Source: Azolla caroliniana (lineage: Eukaryota > Plantae > Polypodiophyta). Taken from it: a stretch of 64,000 bases of DNA. The translations under genes were made by a program, and so were the position numbers. Shown here piece by piece: positions 44,801-58,515 of this stretch. The DNA lies in the NCBI GenBank assembly GCA_043228905.1, contig JBHGNT010000014.1, forward strand, positions 10,540,001-10,604,000, in the 5' to 3' direction. Position 1 is the stretch's first letter. Each line of letters opens with the position of its first letter. The notes under the pieces are model-generated. The model was not told where the DNA came from. It did no database searches and worked only from the letters and a program-made list of their open reading frames with translations.

Positions 44801-47545
44801 GTGGTACATCCCCCTTCAAAGGCACTGATGGAGACCTGTTTATGAGATAAACAGTCGTCAACATTGCTTCAGCCCAATATGATTTTGGCAATTTTGCATG
44901 TGCCAACATGCTTCTTACCCTTTCCATTATGGTTCGATTCATTCTTTCTGCTAGACCATTTAGCTCAGGTGTCTTCGGCACCGTATACTCAAGTTTGATG
45001 CCTTGAGTCTTGCAATACATCTCAAATTGGCCTCTATATTCGCCACCGTTATCTGTCCGGACAGCCTTCAGCTTCTGTCCGGATTCTCTTTCTGCCCTGG
45101 CATGAAACTCTTTAAAGACCGACAACACTTGGTCTTTAGACACCAGCACATAAGCCCACACTTTCCTACTGAAGTCATCAATAAATGTGACAAAGTATTG
45201 TCCTCCACGATGAGATGGGGCATCAACATAACATACATCGGTGTGAACCAACTCTAAGGCATGCTCTCTCCTCATTGGAGGCCTAGAGTGAAACGCTGTT
45301 CTATTTTGTTTTCCAGCCAGGCAATCCACACACTTTTCCAAATGCACTCCTTTCACCTCTGGTAGGAAATCCTTTTCCGCAAGGATATGCATTCCCCTTT
45401 CACTCATATGTCCGAGCCTTTTATGCCACAACTCACCATCTGAGCCAGCCACTACATTTGCTTCCTCTCGACACAACTTCCCATGCATTACATATAGTGT
45501 GTTCTGTTTTTGGGCTCGAGCCACGATCAGGCTCCCTTTACAGAACTTCCATGAACCATTTTGGAAGCCACCGCTGTACCCTTCATCGTCTAGCCGTCCA
45601 GCCGATATCAAGTTCAACCTGACATCCGGAACATGACGTACATCCTTCAACATTAACCTGCAGCCTGTAGATGTTAGCAAGCACACAGTTCCTATGCCCA
45701 CAATCTTGCATTCCCCGTCATTTCCCATCTTTACATGACCATAGTCACCCGCTGTGTAGGATGAGAAACATTCTCTTTTGGGAGTTAGGTGAAATGATGC
45801 ACCGGAATCCACTACCCATGTGCTCTCAGCACTTGCAAGATTCACACTAGCTTGTTCACATATGAACAACATCTCTTCCTCACTAGTTGCGATGACTGAG
45901 GTATTTTTATCATCGGAGATTTTTCTAGGTTCGATCTCATCAGCCATGCCTTTGTCCTTCCTAAGGTGTCGACAATTCTTTTGGAAGTGGCCAGGCTTCC
46001 CACAATAAAAACATGTAGGTCTTCCTCTAGATTTCGACCTAAACCTATCCCCATTTTCTAGACTTCTATGTTCTCTTCTACCTCTACTAAATTCTTGGGT
46101 CACATTAGCCTCCGATTGAGATAAAGCACTTTTATCCTTTCTTCTTGTCTCTTCATTTAGAATAGTCGTTTTTACTACTTGTAAGGATAAGTTGTCTTCT
46201 TTACATGAAGTGCTGAGTGTTACTATTAGGTTTTCCCAACTATCGGGTAGAGTACATAATAATAGTGTGGCCTGCATACAATCATCTAATGGGAACTTTG
46301 ATGATGCTAACTGATTCACTAGTCCCATAAACGCACTAATGTGCTCTACTATACTCTCTCCGTCTACATACTTCAGTCTCACTATCTTCCTCATCAAGAA
46401 GGTCTTATTTAAGGCATTTTTCCTTTCATAGAGAGCGGAAAGCTTATGCCATAGCTCGAAGGCATTTGTGTCACTCGCTACATGTTGTAGGACACTAATG
46501 TCTACACATTGTCTTATGGTCGCCACTGCCTTCCTATTTAGGATTCTCCACTCCGAATCTATTACCCCCTTTGGTATATCCTTGTTTTCTATAGGCTCAT
46601 ACAAGTCTTTTACTATTAGGAGATCTTCCATTTTGATCTTCCAATCTGAATAGTTTTATGAGTTCAAGACAATCATCCCAGGAAAGCCACTCACGCTCCC
46701 TTCCATCTAGAACCTATGCTCTGATACCAGTTTGAAAGAGTTTCACTCCGATTCGAAATCAGAAATTGAACTTAGACGCAAACAGGAAATAAGAAAGAAC
46801 ACACAATTTACGTGGAAAACCCTGATTTAGGGAAAAACCACGGAACAAAGCTTTCACTATGAGAAATGACAGAATACAATCATAGAACAATGAAACCTGA
46901 TTTGGTATGAGCATGTACTGAAACCACGATTTCAGTCAAGCTCTTCAAACTCTAGCACGCAGGTGACTATTCCTTCCGAAGCTTCCGAAGCTTCTCTGTC
47001 TTTTTCTCTTTTGCTTCACACTTCTTTTCTTCTTACTTAGCTTCTGAGTACGTATACTCTTACACAGCCACTACTATGCAGAAAACCAGTCGTTCTCAGA
47101 TTTACCACACACACGCTACTCGTTTTTCTCTCATATATATATATCTCACACCCTCACATACGCTATGTAGGTTTTCCCCTTTTCTCACTATTTCACTCTT
47201 AGTGAGTTATCCCACATACAGGCGCACTGCCAGGCCTGTCAGCATATATATACTAAGTTGTTTTCTTCTTTGAATGTAGAAGACATATGTATATGTATAT
47301 GTGTGTCTATTCGACTGAGTACGAATTTGACTCTCTCACCGAATTCGATCAGCTAACCCCCGATTCGGTTCTTCGTAACTGACTATTCTTTTACTTTCCA
47401 AATTTCAACCAAATTCGGTAATTCGGTTTTTCGGCTGATTTCAGTAATTCGACTCTTTTCGGCTTTTCGGCCGATTTCGACCAGTCGACACTCAAGTCGA
47501 CTTTTCGGCCGACTCCCCCGCAAGGAGGGACGCCTTTACACAACA
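41867..47545 (-). mobile_element. Full-length Ty1/copia (Tnt1/Tork-like), the youngest element in the window
   Basis: 813-bp LTRs at 41867-42679 and 46733-47545 (about 10 differences), TSD CATAG, PBS tRNA-iMet at 46729-46718, PPT at ~42680-42697. Confidence 0.98.
42690..46706 (-). pseudogene. copia gag-pol with a few stops and a frameshift
   Basis: ORFs 44715-46631, 43992-44675, 43063-43989 and 42670-43059. YVDD is intact. Confidence 0.95.
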
Positions 47546-50048
47546 CATAGCGTTCCTTTGCTTGTTCCATTGAAGTGTCCCGTAGTGCGAAATCATCGGC
47601 AAAATTTATTCAATTCGACAGTTTAGCCAGGAATCCATCGCCAATTTCGTCATTCACTTCCAAAACCTCCGAACCCAGTTAACGTGGGCACCCACTCAAG
47701 AGGAAGCCAAGGACACTTTTCTAGCCGCCTTGCGTAGACCCATGCGAAAGACTCTGGGCATGCTCGATTTCATGGGCCAGACGGCCGATACGGTGATCGT
47801 CCGGGTCCTCCAGTTGGAGACGGAGGATACAGAAGAAAGCATGTACATGACCTCCTTACAGCAAGCACTACCATGGGACGATGAGTGCGAGTTTCGACAG
47901 GCGATTCAGTGCACCATCTGCCTCAACCCAGGACACTCGACCATCAATTGCAACATGCGGGCACACTCCCCAATCTACCACTCTAAGACACATACGGTCG
48001 ATCAATGCGAGTATAACCTCCTGAATCGACCCACGGCACCAGTTCGGAGAATCGAACCTCAGCGCAACGGCAGGCAGCCACATGAGCGGTTCCACCGGGA
48101 CGAAAGCTTTCGGGATGCGGAGCGCCCTCATTACAATGAACCTGTACGCTGAGACAACGATCAGTATTGGGACGACAAGGATCCACACGATGACGATTAC
48201 CATCGGAATGATCGATACGTCAATCGAAGCGGACAACGCTACGATAACTGGCATCCTACGAATAATAGAGGTGGGCAAGCCGAACGGCAGGATTACGGAG
48301 GCGATCGGCAACCTAGCAACCAGCGCCTACGAGATGACAGTCCACAGGAGGACCGACGCCGCCGACCCCCGCATAACTATCGATGCGACTACCGCATGAA
48401 TTCCCTAAACACCCACCAATTTTGTATTCCAATCAAGGTGCTCCACCAAGGGTGACTCTTCCATTTCCCTCAATCTTGGGCATTTCTTTTATTTTCATTT
48501 CTTAGAGCCCAAAATGGCTTTTCAAATTTAAGAATGTGAGTGTTTATACACTTTCCTTTTCTTTGCTTAGTATTGCTTTTGGTTTTAAAACCACATTGAT
48601 GTGTTTTGATATTCAATGATTTGGAAGGATTAATTATATTCCTCAAAACAACACCAATCTGTGAAAAAACCCATCAAAAAACTTGCATTATCACAAACTA
48701 CCACATGACAAATTTAATCTTCGGGTTATCTCTCATTCATGTGAATAATTACCTTGAATTCTCTCTCCGTTGAATATGATAACACACTTTTTTATTTCAT
48801 TTGACCATTTCGTTTTGTGAATACCATTAACCAGTCATTCCTTCAAAATTATAGTGCCTTCACGTGCAATGTGTCAAGACTCTGAGCACGAAATTCAAGT
48901 ATGGGCATGTTGCCTATAATGATAAAGCTGGAAATTTGTGTACTACAAGAAAACACAGGGAATTTAAGCACTTATTCAAGAAATAATTATTTACATTTCG
49001 ACCTAAAACAACATTATTGAGCTTATGCATACAAACCTTGGCATTGCTAGCTAGGAAATTGCACCTTACCTAGTGAAAGGAAGCACGTCATGTTAAAGAG
49101 TAAAGGTGAACATGAGGATATATAGAAAATTTGGCATCCTGCATGAGCTGAAGCCAAAGAAATTATATAAACAAGACCACCTTACAAAATTCTCACAATC
49201 AAATAGAATATTGATGTGATGATGAAGTTGATGATGGTAGTGATGATGATGATGATGATGATGATAAGGATGTTGAAAATTGTTGTTGTTGTTCACGATG
49301 TTGATGATGATGACGACTTACAAAATTACATCATCGACAATTATTATTGACAAAGGATCTAGTTTACATTAGACATTACCATGCCAAACAATCCTTTAAT
49401 AAAGGAAAATTCCATCCCCCCCAAAAAATAGCCAGATTCCATCCGCCAAAAAAAAGTGTGAAAATACGGAAAAAACTGTGAATTTACCAATTTCCTTAAT
49501 AAACTACGTTATCATTTAAAGGAGAAACCATAACATCCACATTACGCATATGTATATACATATACTGTATACATTATACAAAATAGAGCTCACAAACGAT
49601 CACAACATGATACGTATATGCATATATATACATGATACATTAAACATTTAATACTCGACATAGCACAACCTAATACGTACATACAAACATATAGATTATA
49701 CATTAAACATTTGATACTCAATGTATACATATAAATATACCCAATGTAAATAATTCCAAGTGGGGGGTAAAAGATGTAGAAAGCTTTGAACATATGGTCC
49801 TAAAGGTGGTGAGTGCAACTCCAAAGAAATATGATCCACAAAAGCCTCCCCTGACACATTACATAATTTAAAGGTGACAAAAAGAGAGCCATAGAGAGAC
49901 TCCCGTGACAAACACACACACACACACACACATTCTCTCTATCTCACTTTCTTACTAAGCCTTGGGAATGTGTGCATGTCATATATTCACGAGCTTCATG
50001 CTTTCTATCACCTCTCTCTCTCATCATCATTATCATTATCATCATCAT

Positions 50049-50059
50049 CTATATAAATA
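50049..50059 (+). promoter_or_regulatory. Putative TATA box of the ABCG gene
   Basis: CTATATAAATA about 70 bp upstream of the ATG. Confidence 0.5.
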
Positions 50060-50127
50060 AGACCATTGAACCTCCCTCAAAACCTTAGTTAAACATACAA
50101 ACATTCCTTAGACCTCCTACATGTTTC

Positions 50128-52604
50128 ATGGCTTCTCAAAGATCATCATGCTCTCATCATCGTCATATCAATCAATGCAGTAGCACTCGTCCTGCAGATG
50201 ATATGGTCCATACCTTTGAGATTGAGGTAGTCAATCTTTGCTATAATGTTATGCCATCATCATCACCTAGGATGAAGACCAACCATCATGGTCCCATGCA
50301 AATCCTGAAGAATGTGAGCTTTAAGGCCAAATCAGGGGAGCTTCTAGCCATAGCTGGACCAAGTGGGTGTGGAAAGTCCACACTCTTAGGCCTCCTAGCT
50401 GGTGCCATCATCACCCAACCCATGATTTCCAACAATGAAGATATCACAACCATGGCAAGTAAGAGCATTCTCATTAACAATAGGCCTGTGGTCGACGCGT
50501 TCACATTGAGACGGATCTCCGGATATGTCCCACAATCTGACGCGCTCTTCCCTCTCCTAACTGTCAAAGAGACTTTTCTCTTCAGTGCCCACATCCGGCT
50601 CCCATCGTCCACATTCAAGTTGTCCGAGAAGCTGGAGAGGGTCGAGTCCCTGATGGCCGAGCTCGGGCTATCACACGTGGCTAACCGACGTGTGGGAAAC
50701 GTCCATGTCGACACGGACACTAGAGGGGGTCTCTCAGGGGGCGAAAGGAGAAGGGTGTCCATCGGTGTGGAGCTCATACATGACCCTCCTGTGCTTTTAC
50801 TCGATGAGCCTACATCGGGCCTAGACAGTGCCGCGGCTCTCAAGATTGTCGGGATGTTGCATTCAATGGCGAAGAATCGGTCCCGGACCATTGTGTTGAG
50901 CATCCACCAACCTAGCTACCGCATTATGGAGCATATGAGCTCCATCCTTCTCTTGGCTAGGGGCCATGTGGTGCACCACGGAACCTTGGAGCAATTGCAA
51001 TGGAAACTCGCGCAAGGGGGCCATCACATCGAGCCTCAAGTCAACATACTCGAGTATGCAATCGAAGATATAATGAGCTCAAAAGGCGGCTCGATGATGC
51101 ACATGCATTCTCAGGTGAGTCCTTTGGAGAATCCGGAGATGCATGGCTTTTTGGTCTTTGTGTGTAGGCTAAAGAGATTTCATTTTAAAAATGCTAAGTT
51201 CCTCCTCCCCCATGTGCATGTGCAATGCATGGCTCTGGTTGGGGAAAACCTTTAAATCGTTTATTGTTAAGATGGGGAAGAGTTACAAGCTACTGCACTT
51301 GAGAATTTACAATGTGCAAAATTGGATTAGCAATGCAAGCTAAGATTCCATTCTAGGAATAATGGTTGCGATGTTTAAGATCATCCAATAGACTACGGCG
51401 AAGGTGTAGCATTTTCACAAGCATGCTATCTATGCTTAGTATTATCCTTAACAAAATAGAGAAGCAATATAATAAAGTGTAGAAAGTAACCCATTACCAA
51501 TAGAGCCTTCTATCTATAACACACTCAAATGTTGTTTCATTAAAACTTGTATAGGTGGATCATAGGTTCTCACCCAACAAACCCCCCGAGTCCACAGGAG
51601 GATCAATGGCAGCCCACCACGGAGCCAAACAACATCGGCGCCAACATTGGACCAATTCCATGAGCCTTGAAAGCACCAAGCATTTCCATGGCCTCTTTAC
51701 TTTCGAGTATAACAATGGTTGCCCTAGAGAGGTAGTGATCCTAACTCAACGATTTGCAAGGAACATTTTCCGGGCATCAGAGTTGTTCACACAGCGTGCG
51801 TTGCAGTCTCTCGGGGCTGGAGTGGCCTTAGGGACAATTTACATGAACATAAGTGGGGGGTCAAGGATGGCCACCGAGGCAGACCGACTCGGGTTCTTTG
51901 CTTTCACACTTACATTCTTGTTCTCGTCGACCATGGAGGCATTGCCCATCTTTCTACGAGAAAGAGATATAGTGGAGATGGAGAGCAGGAGGGGGGCGTA
52001 TCGGGTGTGTTCCTATGTCATGGCCAATGTGTTTGTATTTCTACCGTTTTTGTTGTTGTTGGCAATGCTCTATGCCATGGGAGCATATTGGCTAGTGGGT
52101 GTGAAAGGCCCTATGCCTTTGACAAGGGACCCCGAAGCATTCGGCTTCTTTGTCCTCGTGTTGTGGCTTGCATTGACACTAGCCAATTCTTTCCTATCCT
52201 TTGTGGTCACTCTAGTACCAGATTACATAGTGGGGAACTCCATCATAGCGACATGTTTCGGCTTCTTCTTTCTCTTCTCGGGATACTTCATTTCGTTGAG
52301 CAACATGCCCACGTATTGGAGATTCATGCACTACATTTCTCTCTTCAAATACCCACTAGATGCTCTCCTTGTCAATGAGTTTGGATCTAGCTCCAATGGG
52401 GAGACGAGGTGCTTCGCTACCTCGAATTATGGTTCTAATAGCTTTTGTAGTCTCTCAGGAGAGAACATATTGACAGAGCTAGGCCTTCAAGACACCTCTA
52501 AGTGGCAAAGTGTATGTGTCATGATCTCTTTTGCTTGCTTTTACAGATTTCTAGGTTATTTCATGCTTCTTCTCAAGGTGTGGAGAGCTACTACCAAGTC
52601 ATAG
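50128..52604 (+). CDS. ABCG: ABCG (White-type) half-size ABC transporter; exons 50128-51114 and 51555-52604, 678 aa
   Basis: Walker A GPSGCGKST, signature LSGGERRRVSIG, Walker B LLDEPTSGLD, H-loop SIHQP, C-terminal ABC2 membrane domain. Phase-0 intron CAG|GTGAGT...ATAG|GTG keeps the frame. Confidence 0.95.
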
Positions 52605-54469
52605 GGACTTACCCCAAAATGTAAATGTTAATAAATTGTCTAATTACAAACCTAAAAAGTACGTTCAGTCTTATAGGCTCGAGTGTGTAATGTAATTCAC
52701 TAAAATTCAATTGTTGGAAATAATTGTCTTTTTTATTAGCTCTTAAATCTCTTCCCATCATACATATGACCACCAATTTCTTACAACAGATGTGGAATCT
52801 ATCATCCACACCTTTGTATACCACATGTATAATTTTGATTAGTACAAAGACGTCACTTCTACCAAGATCAGTGCAAAAACTTGCACCATAAATAAGGCCA
52901 TTTCCTACAGCCCAATGATTCATGGGTGGCTCCACCATGTGGTGGTTAGTTATACTCTTAAGAAGACAGCATTTTATAATTGGGTTAGATGTTCTTTCAG
53001 GAATAAATTACAAAACAATTCTGACTTATTAAAGGCCCACAACAATCTCAAGCCTCCTCTAAGTTTTAGGTGCATGTAAGAGGTATGACATATACATTAA
53101 CCACTCAATAACCACAAGTCCTTCTAGATTATGAAGTTGGCATCTCTTCCCTCGTTAGATGGATGAATGTGACATAATGTAGTTGAGATATCAACCAGGA
53201 AGGACAGCATTATCAAAGCGTTCCCAATTATATACTCTTCCTCCCAAAGTTTCATAATGAGCCCAACTTACAATCTGTTGTCATCATGACACACTTTCCT
53301 TGGTTGAAACTCAACCACGGGATAACTGGAAATTACAATTCAGTTCAATCACATTTGACTATGAATTTTGACTAGAATAAATAGGCTTTCGATTGTGTTT
53401 AAAGAAAAACCTAAAGTACCCCCTGTAATTGAAAGATACATTGAATAAGCTTACCTAGTATGCTAATGACAAGAGGATGCTCTCAACTTGGATATTAAAC
53501 TTGAGCTACCTACTCACCAAGGTTGAGCAAGTGTTATCGGAACCAAGATAAATTACATCATCACCCAAACATGCATAATTTTTACTTCATGTAACCACTC
53601 TTACATATAAATAAGCATATTGTAACAATCATCCTCCAATGTCTACAACATAATATGTGCCACAACGAGTAAAAAAAAGTACATAATCTTGATAAAATAA
53701 AATCTCATGTGCAACCAAAATGAGGATTAACGAGACGGTTTGTAGGTAGAATTATTTCTACTTATGAATCCACACTCTGATTAACACCAAAGACATAATG
53801 AGTGTAATTGAAGGTAGCAGAGGACCTGAGATGAAGGTACCATAATTTATACATGTATGTACATTTCCACACGTGAATAAGTAGATAGCATACTCTCCAT
53901 ACGCATTCTCGAAATTGACATTGACCTGCCCACACCAAATCCCTTTTCTCCAATTGAAGCCTGACAATTATAGAAAGTCAATGTATTTATATTATAGAAA
54001 GGCTGGACTTGGTCTTAATCCTTTCAGTCTTAGGTTCCAAGTACTATATATACCATTGGCTGAAGTTGCTAGAAGTGTATGATAAATACAATGTAACCTT
54101 GTACTATTATCACACACTCGAGAAGCTATTAGTAGATAAGACAATGTATACCTTGGAGCTATGTCTTATCCTCAAGTAGCGAATATTCGCTTCAGAGTCC
54201 AGAACTTAATCAATAAGACAATGTAACCTTGGTACTACATCATATCCTCAAGTAACTAATTGTGGCTCGAATCTCCAAAACTCAATTGATAAGACCATGT
54301 AACAATTACATTCATCACATGCAATTTGAATAAATCAGTCAATTTGGTTACTCGATAGAGACACTACTAGAAACAATAACATAAATGATCATTGCTTTGA
54401 TGGTAGATTTCAAATGATACAATGGATTACCATTTACTCCAATGTGGAATATAGTCATTTCTTTTGGAG

Positions 54470-55917
54470 TCACTTTTTCTTGTTTCTGGCCCTCTCTAGC
54501 CATGCGAGAATCCCTTTCTCGTTCTCTGTGAGATCACTCTTGTTCCGAATGGTACCCTGTAAGCCCACAGTATTTGCTTACTTCTAAGATGTTTTTTTTT
54601 TTTCACTGAATCTTATATATCTATTATGAATTTCATGAATGCTCATAAAAAAATCATCTCTATAATTGTACCTCTACAAACTCGAAGTAGTCCTTGAAAT
54701 TCCGCTCATAGTAGCTGTCGAGCCGCTATTTGAAAAATTTAAGCACAAGATATGAGTACGAAAGGGATGAACCATGATACCTACAGTAACCATATGACGC
54801 TGGTGATGAAACAATCATTATCTGACAACACTGATGACAATTATGACGTAGCCATTATATTGTTGAGAAAGCATCCAATTTACAGTATAAATGAGTGATG
54901 AGATACAACCCTAATAACTTACCTCCTAAGGTCCAAGACTACAGGGTAAACATAAAAGGGTAAGGGTGTGGTACACTGTGTTTAGTCAATTTTCCAAATC
55001 GGCACACACAAATTTGAGAAAAACCCTAAAATATTTACCTCCTGTTCATTTTTAGCTTTATTGGCTTGAGATTTTTCCAAAAGCTCTGCATATCAGAAAA
55101 AAGATCAGATATTGTTTGAGAACGGGATTTTCGCTGAACCAGAACACATATGTATACATATACATTACATGCAAATGCCATATACATATAAACCTCCTCC
55201 TGATTCCTCTCACCCTTATTGTTTTAAGCAGGTCAAAGTATGCAGGAGTGGAGATAACATTACCGCCTTTTAAAGCAACCACATAATAGATATACACATA
55301 CATCACATCATCCTAAGGATTAGAGATACATTTACATAACAGTGGAGATAACATTGCCGCCTTTTAAAGCGACCACATAATAGGTATATACATACATCAC
55401 ATCATGATAAGGATTAGAGATACATTTACATAGCGATATGCACATCACCAACAAACATGCATGTACATATAATATATACAACATATGAATATAAACATAA
55501 GAGTTACAAAGATATGTGCATACATTGCATACTTCTACACATACGAATGTGTGCACGCATAGTTATTACCACTATGAGAGGACAATACATTTATGCATGT
55601 ATGTATACACATGTAGATATACATATGTCAGTAGAGAATGGAAAAGAATCCTTACTCTGGATGAGCTCCGTTTTGGGTGGGTATTCAAAATCAGGTTGCG
55701 AGGCGAGGGAGGAGGCAGAGCGCAGGGTGAGGAGAGGGATTGCGGCAGTCAAGGCCCTTAGGACGTAGGATCTCCTGCTTGTTCCACAGCTCGACGACGA
55801 AGATATGGGGAGGAGCTCCCGATAACCATGGCTGACTACATCCCCTTTCTTCTGACGGGGATCGACAGAGGCGTGAGGAGAAGGAGAAGGAGGAGGGATG
55901 AAGCTGCTGCAGAGCAT
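54470..55917 (-). CDS. PsaN-like thylakoid lumen protein (resembles Arabidopsis AT1G49975 from memory); exons 55917-55656, 55085-55039, 54725-54672, 54556-54470; 149 aa
   Basis: All three introns are GT-AG and preserve frame. Ser-rich transit peptide, twin-arginine SRR plus hydrophobic stretch ending SLA. Mature part KLLEKSQANKAKNEQERLDSYYERNFKDYFEFVEGTIRNKSDLTENEKGILAWLER. Confidence 0.88.
55247..55432. repeat. ~94-bp tandem duplication in intron 1 of the PsaN-like gene
   Basis: agtggagataacatt(a/g)ccgccttttaaagc...gattagagatacatttacata occurs twice. Confidence 0.85.
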
Positions 55918-56446
55918 GGCCTCGTCGCTTGCTTTGTTTTTTTGGAACTTTGGAAGGCGTTTCTTTGGTCGTGATGGGAAGGAGAAGGAGAAGGAGAAGG
56001 AGAGAAGAGGATAACGAAATATGTATGTATGATGAAATTGAGGATTCGAACCAACAACCTACTGCAATATGTATGTATGCATAGAATGAACCATACGTAT
56101 CATACGTGCATTCTCATTCGAGAATGATTTCAATCAAACGTGTATGGTAAATCATCTCAAAGTTGGATTGGATTGACTAGGGTCTATATTATATATCGAT
56201 TCACTCTCAATCCTAATAAGTGGACTCTAATCCATTGTGAACCACCAACATAAGTATGGTTGCAATATTTGCATTGTATCACATGCATACTTTTGGGATG
56301 CAAATCAATACATCTCTATCATCCTCACTTTAGAACTTTACAAAAAAATGAGTATGAATTATAGAGATTGAATCAAAATATGTCATTATAAATTATAATC
56401 AAATGTTCAAAAACTCATAAAACGTATATTCGAGAATATGAAGAAA

Positions 56447-56727
56447 ACATGACATAGGCAGTATTAACATAACAACTTACCACTAGGGTGACCTAATTTC
56501 TAATAAGAAAGAAAGAAAGAAAGAAAGAAAAAGGAACATGACACTAACATAAAAATTTGCCATGACATAGGCAGTAGTAGCATAACAACTTACCACTCAA
56601 GTAAACTAATTTCTAATAACAAAGAAAGAAAGAAAAAGGAACATGACACTAACGAGAAGATATGAGAAAGTTGGGAATTGAACCCAAGACACACATAATA
56701 GTAGCACACCAACTTACCACTAGGTTG
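56447..56727 (-). repeat. ~115-bp duplication plus a tRNA-derived (SINE-like) head
   Basis: catgacataggcagta...aaaaggaacatgacactaac occurs twice. 56727-56663 on the minus strand has A-box-like TAGTGGTAA and B-box GGTTCAATTCC. Confidence 0.5.
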
Positions 56728-57251
56728 TGCTTAGTTGAAATGCTTGCACAAACACAAATATTACATTCTATGTATGTATGTATGTATGTATGTATGTATG
56801 TATGTATTCATTCCAATTTGCCCATTTTTATAACTCTAGGGCCTCATATTCCGATTTCTTGATTTAACAACTTTCGGTCTAAAAACATATCTGTTTATCT
56901 CTCATGTACATACATATTTATTAGAATTTTGAGGTTCATATGTCGTCCCGATGAAATTCGGAGCCATTAAATAACGTGCCTTTTATCCACCATCCGTGCT
57001 CTAGAGCCATCACCAAACACAAAAGATTTTGATCTCTAGAAATTCGCTTGTGTCTACCCCCCCATACATAATAATCTACTACTATATTTTGTTTGTGCCT
57101 TGGTCCATGTTTTTTTATCCCCTACCCATTATTGAGTTTGTGTCGTCACCATGTTTTGCATGTCATGAGCATCATGGACATTTGTCGTTCACATTATCTA
57201 GGGACATTACAATGGAATATCTATAGAATAGCACACCTACTGAAATGTAAC

Positions 57252-57778
57252 CAATGAGCTATGGTTTGGTTTGAACCAAACCGAACCGCGAATCCGCAGC
57301 TTAACAGTGTAAACGATTCAGTTCGGTTCATCAAGTTTTTAAAAACTGTTCGGTTTCAGTTCGGTTTGTTTTGGGGGGTGAACAGTTCGCTTTGCTTTGG
57401 TTTTAATGGTTCCAAAAACCACGGTTTAAACAGTTTAACAATTTGATGGTTTCTTATTTTATTTTTTTAAATAACCTTTTCATTTTTAAGCCTAATTCTC
57501 ACATTCTAGGAAAAATCTTTAAAATTTTGAAAAATTAAAATTTGAAATAATGAAAATTTAAAAAATTTTAACTTTTGAATTTTGGCCTAAGTTGAAAACT
57601 GAAAGCGGTTTAAGGGTTTAAATTTTGGCCTAAGTTTTAGCGGTTTAAGGGTTTAAGGATTTCAATTTTTACCTAACGGTATGGTTCAAACGGTTTTGTG
57701 GTTCTGCTCGGTTTGGTTCAGATTTCAAAAAAATTTAACGGTTCGGTTTGGACACTCTTCAACCGAACCGAACCATTG
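57252..57778. mobile_element. MITE-like non-autonomous DNA transposon
   Basis: Clusters of AACCGAACC/GGTTCGGTT in both orientations at each end around an AT-rich core. Ends ATGGTTTGGTT / AACCGAACCAT. Confidence 0.6.
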
Positions 57779-58204
57779 TCGATTGTTACTGACATGTGGC
57801 TTGGTTAGATGTGCCGGCATCACCTAAAGGATAGCTCTTTTGTTTAGTAAATTAGTTGTATGATAATCAATGGCATGTAAAAAAACATTTTGAAATATTC
57901 TGCCCAATGGAAGAGTGATTTTTGTAAACTACCAATCCAACAACAAAACACAAAATACACCATTAGGGTTCTACATTAACAATTTTTTTCCTATTGATGG
58001 CCAAAAAACCTATATGTTTAAGGTAAAAAACAATCGAGACCTTCATCCTTAAGTATAAAATAGAGGATTAGTAATTGCTGATTTTTACTTAATGTACTTT
58101 AGAATATAACAAATATTTTCTCTCACATGCTTCTTAATAAGTTGTGTAAAGTTATTTTATGTACAAGGAGTTCATTCTACATATCCCACGAAGTTGTTCC
58201 ATGC

Positions 58205-58515
58205 CATGTTGTTCACATACCACCTTAAGGGGTAAATAGCGCCACCCTTGGGATGAAATATTTCCCCAAGTGGTGAGAAGTTGACATCGTCGAGATGCCA
58301 AAACTTTTATGCTGATGTGAACTCTTATCAAAATGTTATATTCGTTGAGCAATAACTCCTCCACTCAACACCATTGGATCACTAAAGACCAACCTTCGTC
58401 CCTACTTGACTAGTGAGTCTTGTAGTCAAAGCTCCCTTTAGCATTTGCATTCATCCGTTCAACCTAGGGAAGCCTTTGAATGCCTCTGCTACCTTCAAGA
58501 AGCTGATGTCCCTTA
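58205..58515 (-). pseudogene. Diverged plastid-type 23S rRNA fragment (NUPT)
   Basis: The plus strand follows antisense 23S domain V in order: gacatcg..gagatgccaaa..gatgtgaactctt, cgttgagc, ggatcactaa, ttcgtccct, gtcaaagctccctt. Confidence 0.72.

Larger units (their letters stand above)
40793..48440 (+). mobile_element. Old truncated gypsy (LTR ~40793-41304 plus gag), same broad family as the inner gypsy, split by a copia
   Basis: Gag FPYPRYNGEPDAEA, SKIAEFGLTL and FRQAIQCTICLNPGHS align by eye with the gag at 18090-18800. No pol follows. Confidence 0.82.

Noticed and set aside
54080-54305. Four loosely spaced gataagacaatgtaacctt repeats as a repeat-spacer array
   Set aside because: The intervening sequences are themselves similar, so this is a short degenerate tandem duplication downstream of the PsaN-like gene.
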